A DNA stretch of 64,000 nucleotides from Clostridia bacterium. Its GTDB lineage: Bacteria; Bacillota; Clostridia; UMGS1883. The number at the start of each line of letters is the position of its first letter. Position 1 is the first letter of the stretch. The DNA lies in contig JAZUOX010000070.1 in NCBI GenBank assembly GCA_045604905.1, forward strand, positions 345 to 64,344, given 5' to 3'. Below the pieces are notes generated by a model, which saw only the letters and a program-made list of their open reading frames with translations, ran no database searches and was not told where the DNA came from. Positions 20,145 through 30,088 of this stretch are shown here, in pieces. The translations under genes and the position numbers were made by a program.

Positions 20145-20173
20145 ATTCTAACACCATTTTACTCAAAAGTCAA
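20145..20173 (-). promoter_or_regulatory. sigmaA promoter for the pnuC leader
   Basis: TTGACT-17bp-TAGAAT with extended TG. Confidence 0.7.
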
Positions 20174-20833
20174 TTCTTTAAGTTGAAAATGATTTTTATT
20201 AAATTCTATAAGCCCCTCATCACGCATTTTTGAAAGCTCATTTGACATTGCACTTCTGTCAACAGAAAGATAATCTGCAAGCTGCTGACGGTTAAAAGGG
20301 ATTTCAAATGCAGAAGAATTATGTTTTTGTGCTTCTTCAGATAAATACGATAGGAGCTTTTCCCTTGTTGTACGCTGTGCCATGTGGCCTAGTTTCTGCA
20401 CAAGACGTCGGTTTTTTTCGCTTATTATAAAAATAAGATTTTGTACAACCATACAGTGAAATCTGCAGGTATTGGAGCAGGATGTCAGCATCTTTTTAAC
20501 CCCGAAAAATATTACAAAGCTATCCTCTACTGAAACAACATCGTTAAGCACCGGTGCATCCTGTCTTGCATTATATGCTTCTCCAAACATTTCCCCCGGC
20601 TCAATTACATTTATTATACTTCTGTTACCCCAGTAATCGTCACGCTGAATATGGAGTTTCCCCGATATAAGCACGCTGACGCAGTCTATATTTTCGCCCT
20701 GACGGAAAACGTATTCGCCTTTTTTATATGTCTTTACTTCCGCCTGAAGACAGTTAATAAGGGATGATATATCCTCTTCCCCTATGCCGGAAAAGAGTTT
20801 TGTTCTTTTTAAAGCAGGAATATAATTTTTCAT
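20159..20833 (-). CDS. Crp/Fnr family regulator (HcpR-like)
   Basis: cNMP-binding fold (GEMFGE), HTH RQQLADYLSVDRSAMSNELSKM. Confidence 0.92.
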   Translation of the reverse strand: MKNYIPALKRTKLFSGIGEEDISSLINCLQAEVKTYKKGEYVFRQGENIDCVSVLISGKLHIQRDDYWGNRSIINVIEPGEMFGEAYNARQDAPVLNDVVSVEDSFVIFFGVKKMLTSCSNTCRFHCMVVQNLIFIISEKNRRLVQKLGHMAQRTTREKLLSYLSEEAQKHNSSAFEIPFNRQQLADYLSVDRSAMSNELSKMRDEGLIEFNKNHFQLKELTFE

Positions 20834-20848
20834 AAAAATCTCCCTTTC

Positions 20849-20862
20849 GTTGTAAAAACAAC
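20849..20862. promoter_or_regulatory. Palindrome, candidate Crp/Fnr site
   Basis: GTTGT-AAAA-ACAAC between the regulator and its divergent Fe-S gene. Confidence 0.45.
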
Positions 20863-20921
20863 ATACTTGTTGTCTTTATTGTATTATAATAACTTTAGAA
20901 AGTCAATAGGAGGATGAATAA

Positions 20922-21614
20922 ATGATAAGAAGAATAATTAAAATAGATGAAGAAAAATGTAATGGTTGCGGCCTTTGCGCAAAAGCGTGCCACGAGAGTG
21001 CAATCGGTATGGTAAACGGCAAGGCAAAGCTACTTCGTGAGGATTATTGTGACGGGCTTGGTGATTGTCTTCCCGCTTGCCCTACGGGCGCGATAACATT
21101 TGAAGAGCGCGAGGCACCGGCTTATGACGAAGGTGCTGTAAAAAGAGCACAGGCTGAAAAATCATCACTTCCCTGCGGTTGCCCCGGCACGAATTCCAAA
21201 GTTATAGAAAGAGAGCCTATTCATATAGCGGAAAACGAAATAAAACCTGTCAGCCGACTTTCACAGTGGCCTGTACAGATTAAGCTTGTTCCTGCGAATG
21301 CCCCGTATTTTAACGGAGCTAACCTACTTGTTGCGGCAGACTGTACGGCATATGCTTATGCAAATTTCCATAACGATTTTATAAAAAATAAAATCACTCT
21401 TATCGGATGCCCAAAGCTTGACAGTGTTGACTACTCAGAAAAGCTTACACAGATTATTGAAAATAACGATATTAAAAGTGTAACTGTTGTCCGTATGGAA
21501 GTACCTTGTTGCGGAGGAATTGAAAACGCAGTAAAAACTGCACTGATGCAAAGCGGAAAGTTTATTCCCTGGAGTGTTGTGACAATCAGCACCGATGGAA
21601 AAGTTCTTGATTAA
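20922..21614 (+). CDS. 4Fe-4S dicluster protein
   Basis: CNGCGLC..AC, CDGLGDCLPACP, CGCPG, MEVPCC. Confidence 0.9.
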   Translation: MIRRIIKIDEEKCNGCGLCAKACHESAIGMVNGKAKLLREDYCDGLGDCLPACPTGAITFEEREAPAYDEGAVKRAQAEKSSLPCGCPGTNSKVIEREPIHIAENEIKPVSRLSQWPVQIKLVPANAPYFNGANLLVAADCTAYAYANFHNDFIKNKITLIGCPKLDSVDYSEKLTQIIENNDIKSVTVVRMEVPCCGGIENAVKTALMQSGKFIPWSVVTISTDGKVLD

Positions 21615-21654
21615 AATCCAATAATGGTATATACTACTTACAGAGGTGATTTTT

Positions 21655-21858
21655 ATGGCAATACGCTTGAATGAAAATGCAGAAGTTGTAAAAAATATAA
21701 AAGAAGGTCTTAAGGCTAAAGGCGGCTACTGTCCCTGTAAATTAGGAAAGCTTGAAGAAAACAAGTGTATGTGCGAAGAATTCAAAGCACAGATAGCAGA
21801 CCCTGATTTTGAGGGTTACTGTCATTGTATGCTTTATTATAAATCTAAGGAGGCGTAA
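21655..21858 (+). CDS. Ferredoxin-thioredoxin reductase catalytic subunit-like protein
   Basis: YCPC...CMC...CHC pattern; adjacent to trxA. Confidence 0.85.
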   Translation: MAIRLNENAEVVKNIKEGLKAKGGYCPCKLGKLEENKCMCEEFKAQIADPDFEGYCHCMLYYKSKEA

Positions 21859-21861
21859 AAT

Positions 21862-22170
21862 ATGTCAGTTGTAAAAATAAACAAAACTAATTTTGAAGAA
21901 CTCGTTTTAAAAAGCGAAAAAACAGTCCTGATTGACTTCTACGCAGACTGGTGCGGTCCCTGTAAAATGGTTGCACCCATTGTAGAAGAAATTTCGGAAG
22001 AGTATCCCGATGTAGTTGTAGGCAAAATCAATGTAGATGATGAAATGGAGCTTGCAGTGAAATTCGGCATACAGAGTATACCTGCATTGTTTGTACTTAA
22101 GGACGGAAAAATCAAGGACAGTGCAATAGGTTATAAACCTAAAGAGGTACTTTTAGAGATGTTAAAATGA
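21862..22170 (+). CDS. trxA: Thioredoxin
   Basis: WCGPC active site. Confidence 0.97.
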   Translation: MSVVKINKTNFEELVLKSEKTVLIDFYADWCGPCKMVAPIVEEISEEYPDVVVGKINVDDEMELAVKFGIQSIPALFVLKDGKIKDSAIGYKPKEVLLEMLK

Positions 22171-22200
22171 AAGAAGCTTGCCGCTTGGCAAGCTTCTTTC
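22169..22200. terminator. Bidirectional terminator
   Basis: GAAAGAAGCTTGCC-GCTT-GGCAAGCTTCTTTC. Confidence 0.85.
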
Positions 22201-22210
22201 ATTTTAACAT

Positions 22211-22813
22211 CTATTTGGAATATTTACATCCGCAATAATTCTGCCTGTACAAATCATATGTCCGTGAAAGTTCGCAGGAGCGCTTGTACCCCTCTTCCTT
22301 TTTAAAGTCGGAGCACAGGTAATTTACACCGTACTCTTCTCCTAGTTCAAGCCCTATGCTGTTAAGCCACTGTGCATTTTTATGAGGACTTATGGAAAGA
22401 GTAGTTGTAACATAGTCAAAGCCGTGTTCTTTAGCATAAGAAACGGATTTGTCAAGTCTGAGTTTGTAGCATTTATAGCACCTTGCACCGCCCTCCGGAA
22501 GCTCTTCCATACCTTTAGCGATTGCTTCGAATTCTTCACTATCATACTGAGGTGCGATAGTATCAATCCCGTCAAGCTTCATTTCAGTTACAAGCCTTTT
22601 AAGCTCCTCAAGTCTGAAAACGAACTCGCTTTCAGGGGAAATATTCGGATTATAGAAAAAGAGGGTTATGTCAAATATTTCGCTGATTTTCTCAAGCACT
22701 GCACTGGAACAGGGCGCACAACAGGCGTGAAGAAGAAGTGTAGGCTTTCTTCCGCTTTCCGATATTTTCTTTAATTCATCGTCATATATTTTTTTGTAAT
22801 TAACTTTGTTCAT
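22211..22813 (-). CDS. queH: Epoxyqueuosine reductase
   Basis: LLHACCAPCS, FYNPNI, RC..CY..RL, TTTLSISPHK, YRQNYCGC. Confidence 0.93.
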   Translation of the reverse strand: MNKVNYKKIYDDELKKISESGRKPTLLLHACCAPCSSAVLEKISEIFDITLFFYNPNISPESEFVFRLEELKRLVTEMKLDGIDTIAPQYDSEEFEAIAKGMEELPEGGARCYKCYKLRLDKSVSYAKEHGFDYVTTTLSISPHKNAQWLNSIGLELGEEYGVNYLCSDFKKEEGYKRSCELSRTYDLYRQNYCGCKYSK

Positions 22814-22817
22814 ACTA

Positions 22818-23486
22818 TCACCTTTTATATTGACGCAAAATCTGCTTTTGTTCATCTGTTATTCTGTAACTTTCAATAGCTTTCTGAATGGTTTTATTAT
22901 GCACCCAAAGAGGCAATTTGTTTTCTGTTATATAGGGAAATACACTCTCCCACTTTTTTGCAAGAGCTGTGGCAAAATACCACGCCTGCATCATTTTAAT
23001 ATAGTATTCTCCGCTTACCACCGATGCAACCATTTGGGGGTATTTATCCGTAAAAAGATCATCAAGAAAATACACCATCAGCATTTCCATCCCGAAGCGA
23101 ATTGTATAGATATGTTCTGAACTGATCCATTTTTCAATATACGGCATTAATTTATCTGTATTCTTCTTAAAGCATTTTAGTCTGAGGCCGTCACATGTCG
23201 CCCAATTATCTATATATGGCAGAAACTTTTCAATTTCTTTGATGCACAAATCAAAATCTTTTATTTCTGCTATAAAAAAAGCGTGTAGATTGTTTTCCTC
23301 ATAATATTTATGGGGAAGTTTTTTTATAAACTCAGCCTGTTCTTTGCTACCGAAATATTCTTTTGCAATTTTCTTTAAAACAGGCACTCTTACACCGATT
23401 ACTGAATCGGGATTAACTGTCGGCATCAGTTTTTCGTGAAATGCTTTATATTTTAAGTCCTGATGTGATAAAAGTATTTCTTTCAT
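22818..23486 (-). CDS. DNA alkylation repair protein (AlkD-like)
   Basis: IGVRVP, YIDNWATCD, YYIKMMQAWYFATAL. Confidence 0.88.
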   Translation of the reverse strand: MKEILLSHQDLKYKAFHEKLMPTVNPDSVIGVRVPVLKKIAKEYFGSKEQAEFIKKLPHKYYEENNLHAFFIAEIKDFDLCIKEIEKFLPYIDNWATCDGLRLKCFKKNTDKLMPYIEKWISSEHIYTIRFGMEMLMVYFLDDLFTDKYPQMVASVVSGEYYIKMMQAWYFATALAKKWESVFPYITENKLPLWVHNKTIQKAIESYRITDEQKQILRQYKR

Positions 23487-23549
23487 ATAATCACCACTTC
23501 AAGTATAACACAAAGAGGCTGCCAATGGCAACCTCTTTATATTTACTGA

Positions 23550-23708
23550 TTATTTACCGCAACAGTTTCCCTTATCTTTACTGCTGCAAGTGCAGCCGTA
23601 GGGACAACCGATGCATTTTTTACCGCTTTTCTTAGATTTATAAATGTACAGCACAGCTGTACCTACTATTAATACCAATGCGGTAACAATAATGATGTCT
23701 GTAATCAT
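23550..23708 (-). CDS. FeoB-associated Cys-rich membrane protein (52 aa, absent from the ORF track)
   Basis: MITDIIIVTALVLIVGTAVLYIYKSKKSGKKCIGCPYGCTCSS...CCGK; AGGAG RBS; directly downstream of feoB. Confidence 0.85.
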   Translation of the reverse strand: MITDIIIVTALVLIVGTAVLYIYKSKKSGKKCIGCPYGCTCSSKDKGNCCGK

Positions 23709-23723
23709 TATATCAGCTCCTTA

Positions 23724-25700
23724 TTATTTCTTTCCTTTAAGGGCATATTCTTCTTTAAGCTTTTTATCTGCGTTGATGCACAGATATACACAGATTGCAG
23801 CGATAACGGCAATTACAATAATTCCGGGAACAAATCCTGCACCAACTGTACCTGTTGATATAAGAGAACCTATCTGATATGCAAGAAATCCTACTGTAAA
23901 GCCTACACTAAGCTGTAAACCAATACCTGCAAAGAGCCACTTTTTACTATTAAGTTCTGCATTCATTGCACCGATAGCTGCAAAGCAAGGCGGTGTAAAA
24001 AGGTTAAACATCATATAGCTGAGAGCAGCAATTGCTCCGACACCCGTAGTTGCTTCAAACACGGTGCCGCTTACCTCTTCAATATTTGAAATAGCAAACA
24101 ATGTTGCAAGTGTTCCTACAACGTTTTCCTTTGCAATAAAGCCTGTAACCGCACAGGCAACAAGTTTCCATGATGCAAGACCAACGATGGGAACAAGAAT
24201 CCAGTCGATAGGTCCGCAGATTGTTGCAAGAATTGAATCACTGCCATTTTCCAGAGCCGGTTTAAAGCCAATTGTGAATGAACCCATAATAGTAACTACC
24301 ACATTACATATAAGGATAATTGTACCTGCCTTTACTATGTAAGCCCAGCCACGTCCACACATGGACTTAACGGCTCTCCAGAGTGAGGGAACTTTATATT
24401 CGGGAAGTTCAATAATAAAGAATGATTTTCTGTTTTTATATCCTGTTATTTTGTTAATGAGAAGTGCACAAAGGAGAATAATTACGATACCTGCAAAGTA
24501 CATCGCAGTACCAATCCATGCGTGATTTTTGAAAAATGCACCCACAAAGAGTGAAATTACGGGTAATTTTGCACCGCAGGGCATAAAGGGTGCAATCATT
24601 GCGGTAGCTCTGCGTTCACGCTCATTACGGATAGTACGGCAAGCCATAACACCGGGAATTGCACAACCTGTACCGATAACAAAGGGAATGACTGATTTGC
24701 CTGAAAGACCAACCTTTTTGAAAATGGGGTCAAGAACAACAGTTGCACGAGCCATGTAACCGCAGTCCTCTAAAAGAGCAATCATAAAGTACATAACCAT
24801 TACAAGAGGCAGGAATCCGACAACGGCACCTACACCATCGATAATGGCACTTGATACAAGCGACTTAAGAATTTCACTGTTTGAGCCTGCCATCCAGCCC
24901 TCAACAACACCGCCGAAAACTTCGATACCTGCAACAAGCCAGTCTGCAATCATCGGACCGAGCCAAGCCTGGGAAACCCAGAACACTAACCACATTATTA
25001 CTGCAAAAAGAGGAATACCAAGCCATTTGTTGGTAATAATTGCATCAATTTTATCTTGCTTGTTCTTTTCGTTAGTTTTAACTTTTCTCTTTTCTACATT
25101 CTTAACAACGCTGTTAACGAAAGCGAACCTGTCTCTGTCTGCTTTTTCGACTGCTGCTTTGTCTGCAAGATTGATATTGCACTGTATGTAAGGTGCAGTC
25201 TGCTCTTTACCTTTAAGTGCTGTAGCAGCCTCTACAACCTCTTTAAGACCTTCTGCAGATGTGGAAACCGTATCTATTACAGGACAGCCAAGCTTTTCTG
25301 AAAGTGCCTTTGTATCAATCTCTGTCTGCTTCTTTTCGTTGATATCTGCTTTGTTAAGCGCAACAACCACCGGCACACCAAGTTCAAGAAGCTGTGTTGT
25401 AAAAAACAGGCTTCTGCTTAAGTTTGTTGCATCCACAATGTTTATGATAGCATCGGGGTTTTCATTTTTTACATAAGCACTTGTAATGCTTTCCTCAGAT
25501 GTAAACGGTGACATTGAATATGCACCCGGAAGGTCAACTGCAATCAGTTCCTCTTCCTGATAAAAGCTCTTTTTAATAGGAGCTTCTTTCTTTTCCACTG
25601 TTACGCCTGCCCAGTTACCAACCTTTTCATTACGACCGGTGAGAGCGTTATACATAGTGGTTTTACCGCTGTTAGGGTTACCCGCTAAGGCAATTCTCAT
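23724..25700 (-). CDS. feoB: Ferrous iron transporter B
   Basis: GNPNSGKT, GNWAGVTVE, DLPGAY, NKAD GTPase motifs plus TM domain. Confidence 0.97.
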   Translation of the reverse strand: MRIALAGNPNSGKTTMYNALTGRNEKVGNWAGVTVEKKEAPIKKSFYQEEELIAVDLPGAYSMSPFTSEESITSAYVKNENPDAIINIVDATNLSRSLFFTTQLLELGVPVVVALNKADINEKKQTEIDTKALSEKLGCPVIDTVSTSAEGLKEVVEAATALKGKEQTAPYIQCNINLADKAAVEKADRDRFAFVNSVVKNVEKRKVKTNEKNKQDKIDAIITNKWLGIPLFAVIMWLVFWVSQAWLGPMIADWLVAGIEVFGGVVEGWMAGSNSEILKSLVSSAIIDGVGAVVGFLPLVMVMYFMIALLEDCGYMARATVVLDPIFKKVGLSGKSVIPFVIGTGCAIPGVMACRTIRNERERRATAMIAPFMPCGAKLPVISLFVGAFFKNHAWIGTAMYFAGIVIILLCALLINKITGYKNRKSFFIIELPEYKVPSLWRAVKSMCGRGWAYIVKAGTIILICNVVVTIMGSFTIGFKPALENGSDSILATICGPIDWILVPIVGLASWKLVACAVTGFIAKENVVGTLATLFAISNIEEVSGTVFEATTGVGAIAALSYMMFNLFTPPCFAAIGAMNAELNSKKWLFAGIGLQLSVGFTVGFLAYQIGSLISTGTVGAGFVPGIIVIAVIAAICVYLCINADKKLKEEYALKGKK

Positions 25701-25744
25701 AACAATTCCTCCTCGAAAACATGTTTAAAAAAATAATCAACCAA

Positions 25745-25760
25745 GTTAGTCATTGCTAAC
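25745..25760. promoter_or_regulatory. DtxR/MntR-type metal repressor box
   Basis: GTTAGTCATTGCTAAC between feoA and feoB. Confidence 0.65.
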
Positions 25761-25802
25761 TCCAAAGCAAAAAGTAATCAGCAGATTACTTCCCGACTTT
25801 TT

Positions 25803-26018
25803 TCAGAAAACAATAATTGCCTCTGCAAGCTCGTTATCAATGTTATAGCGTCCGTCCTTAATGGAAACCACGCAGCCACCCTTAAGGTGTGAGATTACCG
25901 TTATCGGCTCACCGCTGTAACAACCAAGTGAAAACAGAAACGCATCAAGCTCTTCGTCGTCAGTCTCAATCCGCTGAACAATATATTCTTTTCCTTCTTC
26001 TGCAGATTTTAAGTTCAT
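25803..26018 (-). CDS. feoA: Ferrous iron transport protein A
   Basis: SH3-like FeoA pattern (FLFSLGCYSGEPITVI), upstream of feoB. Confidence 0.9.
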   Translation of the reverse strand: MNLKSAEEGKEYIVQRIETDDEELDAFLFSLGCYSGEPITVISHLKGGCVVSIKDGRYNIDNELAEAIIVF

Positions 26019-26044
26019 ACGCATCTCCCGATTTCGTTTTCTTG

Positions 26045-26131
26045 GTTAGCTTTAGCTAACTAAGATTCATAAAAAATGAATTAGCCTTTGCTAACCGTAG
26101 TTATTTTAGCATTAAAAAAGGAGGTTGTCAA
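26045..26131 (-). promoter_or_regulatory. feo promoter with two DtxR/MntR-type boxes
   Basis: TTGACA(26131-26126)-17-TAAAAT(26108-26103); boxes GTTAGCTTTAGCTAAC at 26045-26060 and ATTAGCCTTTGCTAAC at 26080-26095. Confidence 0.75.
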
Positions 26132-26267
26132 TACTTTTTTTGGATTTTTTTTGCATTTTTTAATGACTGATTTTAATGTTGCCACCTCATCCGAGTTTTG
26201 CTAAGCAAGGCATACCTTCCCTTGTACAGGTAAGACTTATCTTTTAAATAACAAAGTTTTAGAAATC

Positions 26268-26357
26268 AAAAAAGAAGTGTGTCGCTTTACCTATGTTACG
26301 TCCTGACAAAATTCAATTCTGCCAAATATTGTTCGCGATCAGATTACGCAAATTCCT
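26268..26357. repeat. Copy R3 of the dispersed ~90-bp repeat
   Basis: Shares CAAAATTCAATTCTGCCAAAT and ATTACGCAA with R2. Confidence 0.8.
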
Positions 26358-26366
26358 GCAATACAA

Positions 26367-26398
26367 AAAGAGATTCGCTCGAAAGAGCGAATCTCTTT
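26367..26398 (-). terminator. Terminator of surface-protein paralog A
   Basis: AAAGAGATTCGCTC-GAAA-GAGCGAATCTCTTT. Confidence 0.9.
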
Positions 26399-26417
26399 AA
26401 TGGATTTTGCTTAATTA

Positions 26418-29400
26418 TCAGTCGTGAAGTTCTGCGTTAGCATATGCAATAGGTGTAATACCGTCTGCTTTTACTACGAAAAGCTTAACCTGATCGTAAG
26501 CAGCTGTCACCTTGGGGTTTTCTGTACTAAGGTTATTTACAACACCATTTTCTTCGTTGTAACGGTCACCTGTACCTGTCTTTGAATCCCAAGCTTCTGT
26601 TTCAGCAAAGTCAACAATACTTGTATCCACTAACTTACCACCAAGATACTTAGCAACAACGAGCTTTTCATCGCCTGCTGCACCTTCAATCCAAGCACCG
26701 TTGAGGCAATCTGCTGTACCGAGTGTAAGAGTTCTGATTGCTACGGGAGCAACAAGTCTTGTAAATGTCTTTGACTCTGCAATGCCGTTAGCAGTTGCTG
26801 TAACTGTCATTGTTACTTCCTTCGGTGATGTAACGTTGATAGCGGTTACAGTATCATTGCCAATCTTCCATGTGATTGCCGGACCGTCTGTTACATATGT
26901 ATAGCCTGCGGGATTTGAAGGCTTGAGTGCACCGTTATCAAGGTCTCTGTCGAAGAGTGTGCCTGAAATCCACCAAGACTTACCAATTGTCATAGCAGGA
27001 AGTGCACAGTTTGTAAGAACAGGCTTGTTATAAGCAGAAGCATAGTCGAAGAGTGCTGCATTAAGAGCTGCATTTACCTCTACTGCGTTCTGGTCAACAT
27101 ATTTGCTGAGTGAAATGTTATCAACCCAGATTTCGCCTGTACTGCTAAGCTCAAGTGAGTAACCGCGGATTGCGCTACCACCGTTAGCAGGAAGCTTCAT
27201 ATTAGCCTGAAGAATGGGAAGCTCGTTAAGAAGCTGACCATCAATGTAGATATACATTGTCTGTGAAAGTACGTTGTGGTCAACCATTACGTTAACCCAT
27301 TCGCCCTCACCCTTTTCGATAACGCTCTGAGGCATATCGAAGTAAAGTGCCTTGTTTGCATCAACTGCTGTGTTATTTCCATTTAAGTAAGCAACAGTAG
27401 AGTTAACCTGAACCTTGCCTGTGTTGTAGTTAAGGTAAATGTTTATACCGTTTGAACCGGCAATAGTCTTGAAGCTGATAGCACCTGAACTGCCGGCAGC
27501 ACCGTTGTGGGTATACTTAACGTCAGCCTTAAGAATTACTCTGTCCGTACAGGTTGCACCGTCAATACTAACGATAGAACCTGTTGCTTTGTGTCCTGTT
27601 CCTTCATTCTTAAGGTGAAGAACACTGCCGTGTGAAGCATCTTCATCTGCTACGATTTCAGCACTGCCTGTTGAAGTATCTGTTGAGAAGTCAATAGCCT
27701 TAATGAGAGTTGTTCCATCTGCAACTGTAACAGGTATTGTAACAGTAGCTTCTGCTTCGCCTGCAGAGATAGTAGCCGTCATATTAACAACTACATTTTC
27801 GCCTATAGAAGCAAGCTTTACTAATGTACCATCATTTGCAATGTAAGCTGTATTGCTTGATGCCCAGTCAACATTAACACCATATGTAGCAGGATCATAA
27901 TCTGCATAGCCGTTGTCAAGGTCAAGAACTGCACCTACTGCAGAGACTGTGCCAATGTTTGATTCTTCAACAAGAGTCTTGAAGAAGCTAACCTTTTCAG
28001 CATCTGGAAGTGTTGTAAGAACATCACTAGCAGGTCTTGTGATATAAAGCTTAATATCATCAGTATGGAAGAAGTTTACAGGTGTTGTAGGAGCAGTTGT
28101 ACTGTCCATATTGCTACGTCCTGTGAACTGGAATTTTGCTGATGTGATAGTTGCAGGAACTGCACTCTTTGTTTTATGAGTACCTACAAGCTTATCGTCA
28201 ATGTAGCACTTTACAGAGTAGCCTGTTGCTGATTCTGCATTTGCGTAGATTTCAAACTTGATTTTATACCATGTGTTAGCTGTGATGTTCTTATCGGCTC
28301 TTGCTGCGGATGGACCGTAGTAACCATCGCTGCCAAGATCATAGTCGTTATCATAAAGATACTGGTTGTAGTAAATGAATTCCGCCATTTCGTTACCGTT
28401 AAGGAGAAGTCCCCAGTTAGCAAGACCTGTTTTTACAGGAACTCTTACCTTAGCTTCGAAAACGAGTGTTTCGCCTGCTGCAAGAGCAGTGGGGTAAGAT
28501 GCGAATGTGTACTGGGGAGATGTACCGCTAGGCTGATAAGCACTGGCACAGATGCTGTAGTAGTTGTTACCATCTGCATCTTCGCCAACGTCCATTCTTT
28601 CCCAAGACTGGATTGAAGATGTCCAGCCTGTTGCACCAACAAAGCTTGTGCCGGGTGTAAGAGACTCTGCATCAGCAACCTCTGATACAAATGACTGTGT
28701 AAGGGGAAGTACATTTACAGTGTAGTTTACTACTACATCTTCTGCACCTTCTACAGAAAGGGTACCTGTAACAGTAGCCGTTGCAGCCTCAAACATAGGA
28801 CGCTTTATAGTACCGTCTTCTGCGACAACAGCGGGGTTAGTAGATGTCCATGCGATGCTAACACCGTCTATAAGCTCTTCAGCGGGAGCAAACTTAAGGT
28901 TTGTTGTAAGTGCTGCGAAGTTGCCACCATTTGCAACATATTCTGCTTCAAGATACTGTGAGTAGTATGCTGACTTTTCTGCAGGTGTTGCGTTAGCGAG
29001 AACAGTTTCTGCAGGAACAGACTGATATTCAACCCAGTTATCAAGTGTGTAGTTACCTGTTGCACTGTCAGATGCGTCTACGATTGTAATGTTTGTAATA
29101 ACAACCTTTGCTACATCGTCTACTGTGCAACCTGTCTCAAACTTACCAACTGCAAAAAGGTTGTTTGTTGCATTCAGGACACCGTTACCCCAGAAGTCAC
29201 CTGTCATAGGGTCATACTTGATTTCAACATTGTTCTTTCTGTATGCGCCCATCCAGTAGCCGCCCCAACCGCTTGAAGCAAGTCTTGAAACAGTCTGGCC
29301 TGCGATTGAGCCAACCTTAGTGCCTTCTGCGTTGTACTTAACAGCATCAATACGGATATCAATACCTGTTGCAACATTTGAAACAGAAGCTGAATCAAAT

Positions 29401-29921
29401 CTGATTGTGTAGATTTCATCAGATGTGGGAGCCTTGGGTGCATGATAAAGCCATACACGACCGCTGCCGTCTGTGTGGTTCACAGAGAACACACCGTCAG
29501 CAACAGCACTTCCACCGTTGTTTGCAGAGCCTATGTACCATTCGGGATAGTTTACAAATGTGTGTTTGTTTGAAGCTGTAGCTGTAGTAGCTTCTGCTAT
29601 AGCGAAATCTTCACTATAGAGTACATTAGTTGTCTGTGCCTTTACTGTTACTTCAACAGCTTCACCGCCATTGATTGTAAGTGATACAGTTGCATCCTCG
29701 AAAAGGGGACGCTTTACAGTACCGTCTGTTGCGATAACATCTGTGTTTGAAGAAGATGTAATCGTATTTTCGCCAAGCACAAGATTGCTTGTAACGAAAT
29801 TTGCAGGCTGACCATTAGCGATAGCTGAAAAGTCAACCGCTGTTCCCTCTGCCATAACTGTGAATGAGCACATTGAGAGTACCATTAACACAGAAAGGCA
29901 AAGTGCCATGAGTTTTTTCAT
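26418..29921 (-). CDS. Large secreted surface protein, paralog A (1167 aa; Ig-like and LamG/ConA-like modules); no promoter found in the current orientation
   Basis: Sec signal peptide; repeated W.S+N..V...DGT..RP Ig-like motifs alternating with beta-sandwich domains (Y.YIDG); strong codon bias; AGGAGG RBS. Confidence 0.85.
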   Translation of the reverse strand: MKKLMALCLSVLMVLSMCSFTVMAEGTAVDFSAIANGQPANFVTSNLVLGENTITSSSNTDVIATDGTVKRPLFEDATVSLTINGGEAVEVTVKAQTTNVLYSEDFAIAEATTATASNKHTFVNYPEWYIGSANNGGSAVADGVFSVNHTDGSGRVWLYHAPKAPTSDEIYTIRFDSASVSNVATGIDIRIDAVKYNAEGTKVGSIAGQTVSRLASSGWGGYWMGAYRKNNVEIKYDPMTGDFWGNGVLNATNNLFAVGKFETGCTVDDVAKVVITNITIVDASDSATGNYTLDNWVEYQSVPAETVLANATPAEKSAYYSQYLEAEYVANGGNFAALTTNLKFAPAEELIDGVSIAWTSTNPAVVAEDGTIKRPMFEAATATVTGTLSVEGAEDVVVNYTVNVLPLTQSFVSEVADAESLTPGTSFVGATGWTSSIQSWERMDVGEDADGNNYYSICASAYQPSGTSPQYTFASYPTALAAGETLVFEAKVRVPVKTGLANWGLLLNGNEMAEFIYYNQYLYDNDYDLGSDGYYGPSAARADKNITANTWYKIKFEIYANAESATGYSVKCYIDDKLVGTHKTKSAVPATITSAKFQFTGRSNMDSTTAPTTPVNFFHTDDIKLYITRPASDVLTTLPDAEKVSFFKTLVEESNIGTVSAVGAVLDLDNGYADYDPATYGVNVDWASSNTAYIANDGTLVKLASIGENVVVNMTATISAGEAEATVTIPVTVADGTTLIKAIDFSTDTSTGSAEIVADEDASHGSVLHLKNEGTGHKATGSIVSIDGATCTDRVILKADVKYTHNGAAGSSGAISFKTIAGSNGINIYLNYNTGKVQVNSTVAYLNGNNTAVDANKALYFDMPQSVIEKGEGEWVNVMVDHNVLSQTMYIYIDGQLLNELPILQANMKLPANGGSAIRGYSLELSSTGEIWVDNISLSKYVDQNAVEVNAALNAALFDYASAYNKPVLTNCALPAMTIGKSWWISGTLFDRDLDNGALKPSNPAGYTYVTDGPAITWKIGNDTVTAINVTSPKEVTMTVTATANGIAESKTFTRLVAPVAIRTLTLGTADCLNGAWIEGAAGDEKLVVAKYLGGKLVDTSIVDFAETEAWDSKTGTGDRYNEENGVVNNLSTENPKVTAAYDQVKLFVVKADGITPIAYANAELHD

Positions 29922-29998
29922 AGTGTTTTCCTCCTAAAAAATATTTTTATATTTAATTAATTTAATTTCGGTAATAATATTAATAGGAAGAAACTCCA

Positions 29999-30026
29999 CT
30001 ACCACATAATTTGAATTATGTGGTAG
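29999..30026. repeat. Left recombination site (IRL), dif-like 11-6-11
   Basis: CTACCACATAA-TTTGAA-TTATGTGGTAG with perfect arms. Confidence 0.92.
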
Positions 30027-30088
30027 AAACAGATTGACTTTTGAAAAAAGTATGATTTACTTATACAAAAAGGGAAGGAAATATATTT

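Noticed and set aside
29999-30026. Chromosomal dif site
   Set aside because: There are two symmetric copies 1 kb apart around a dedicated recombinase, and neither has the XerD arm TTATGTTAAA.
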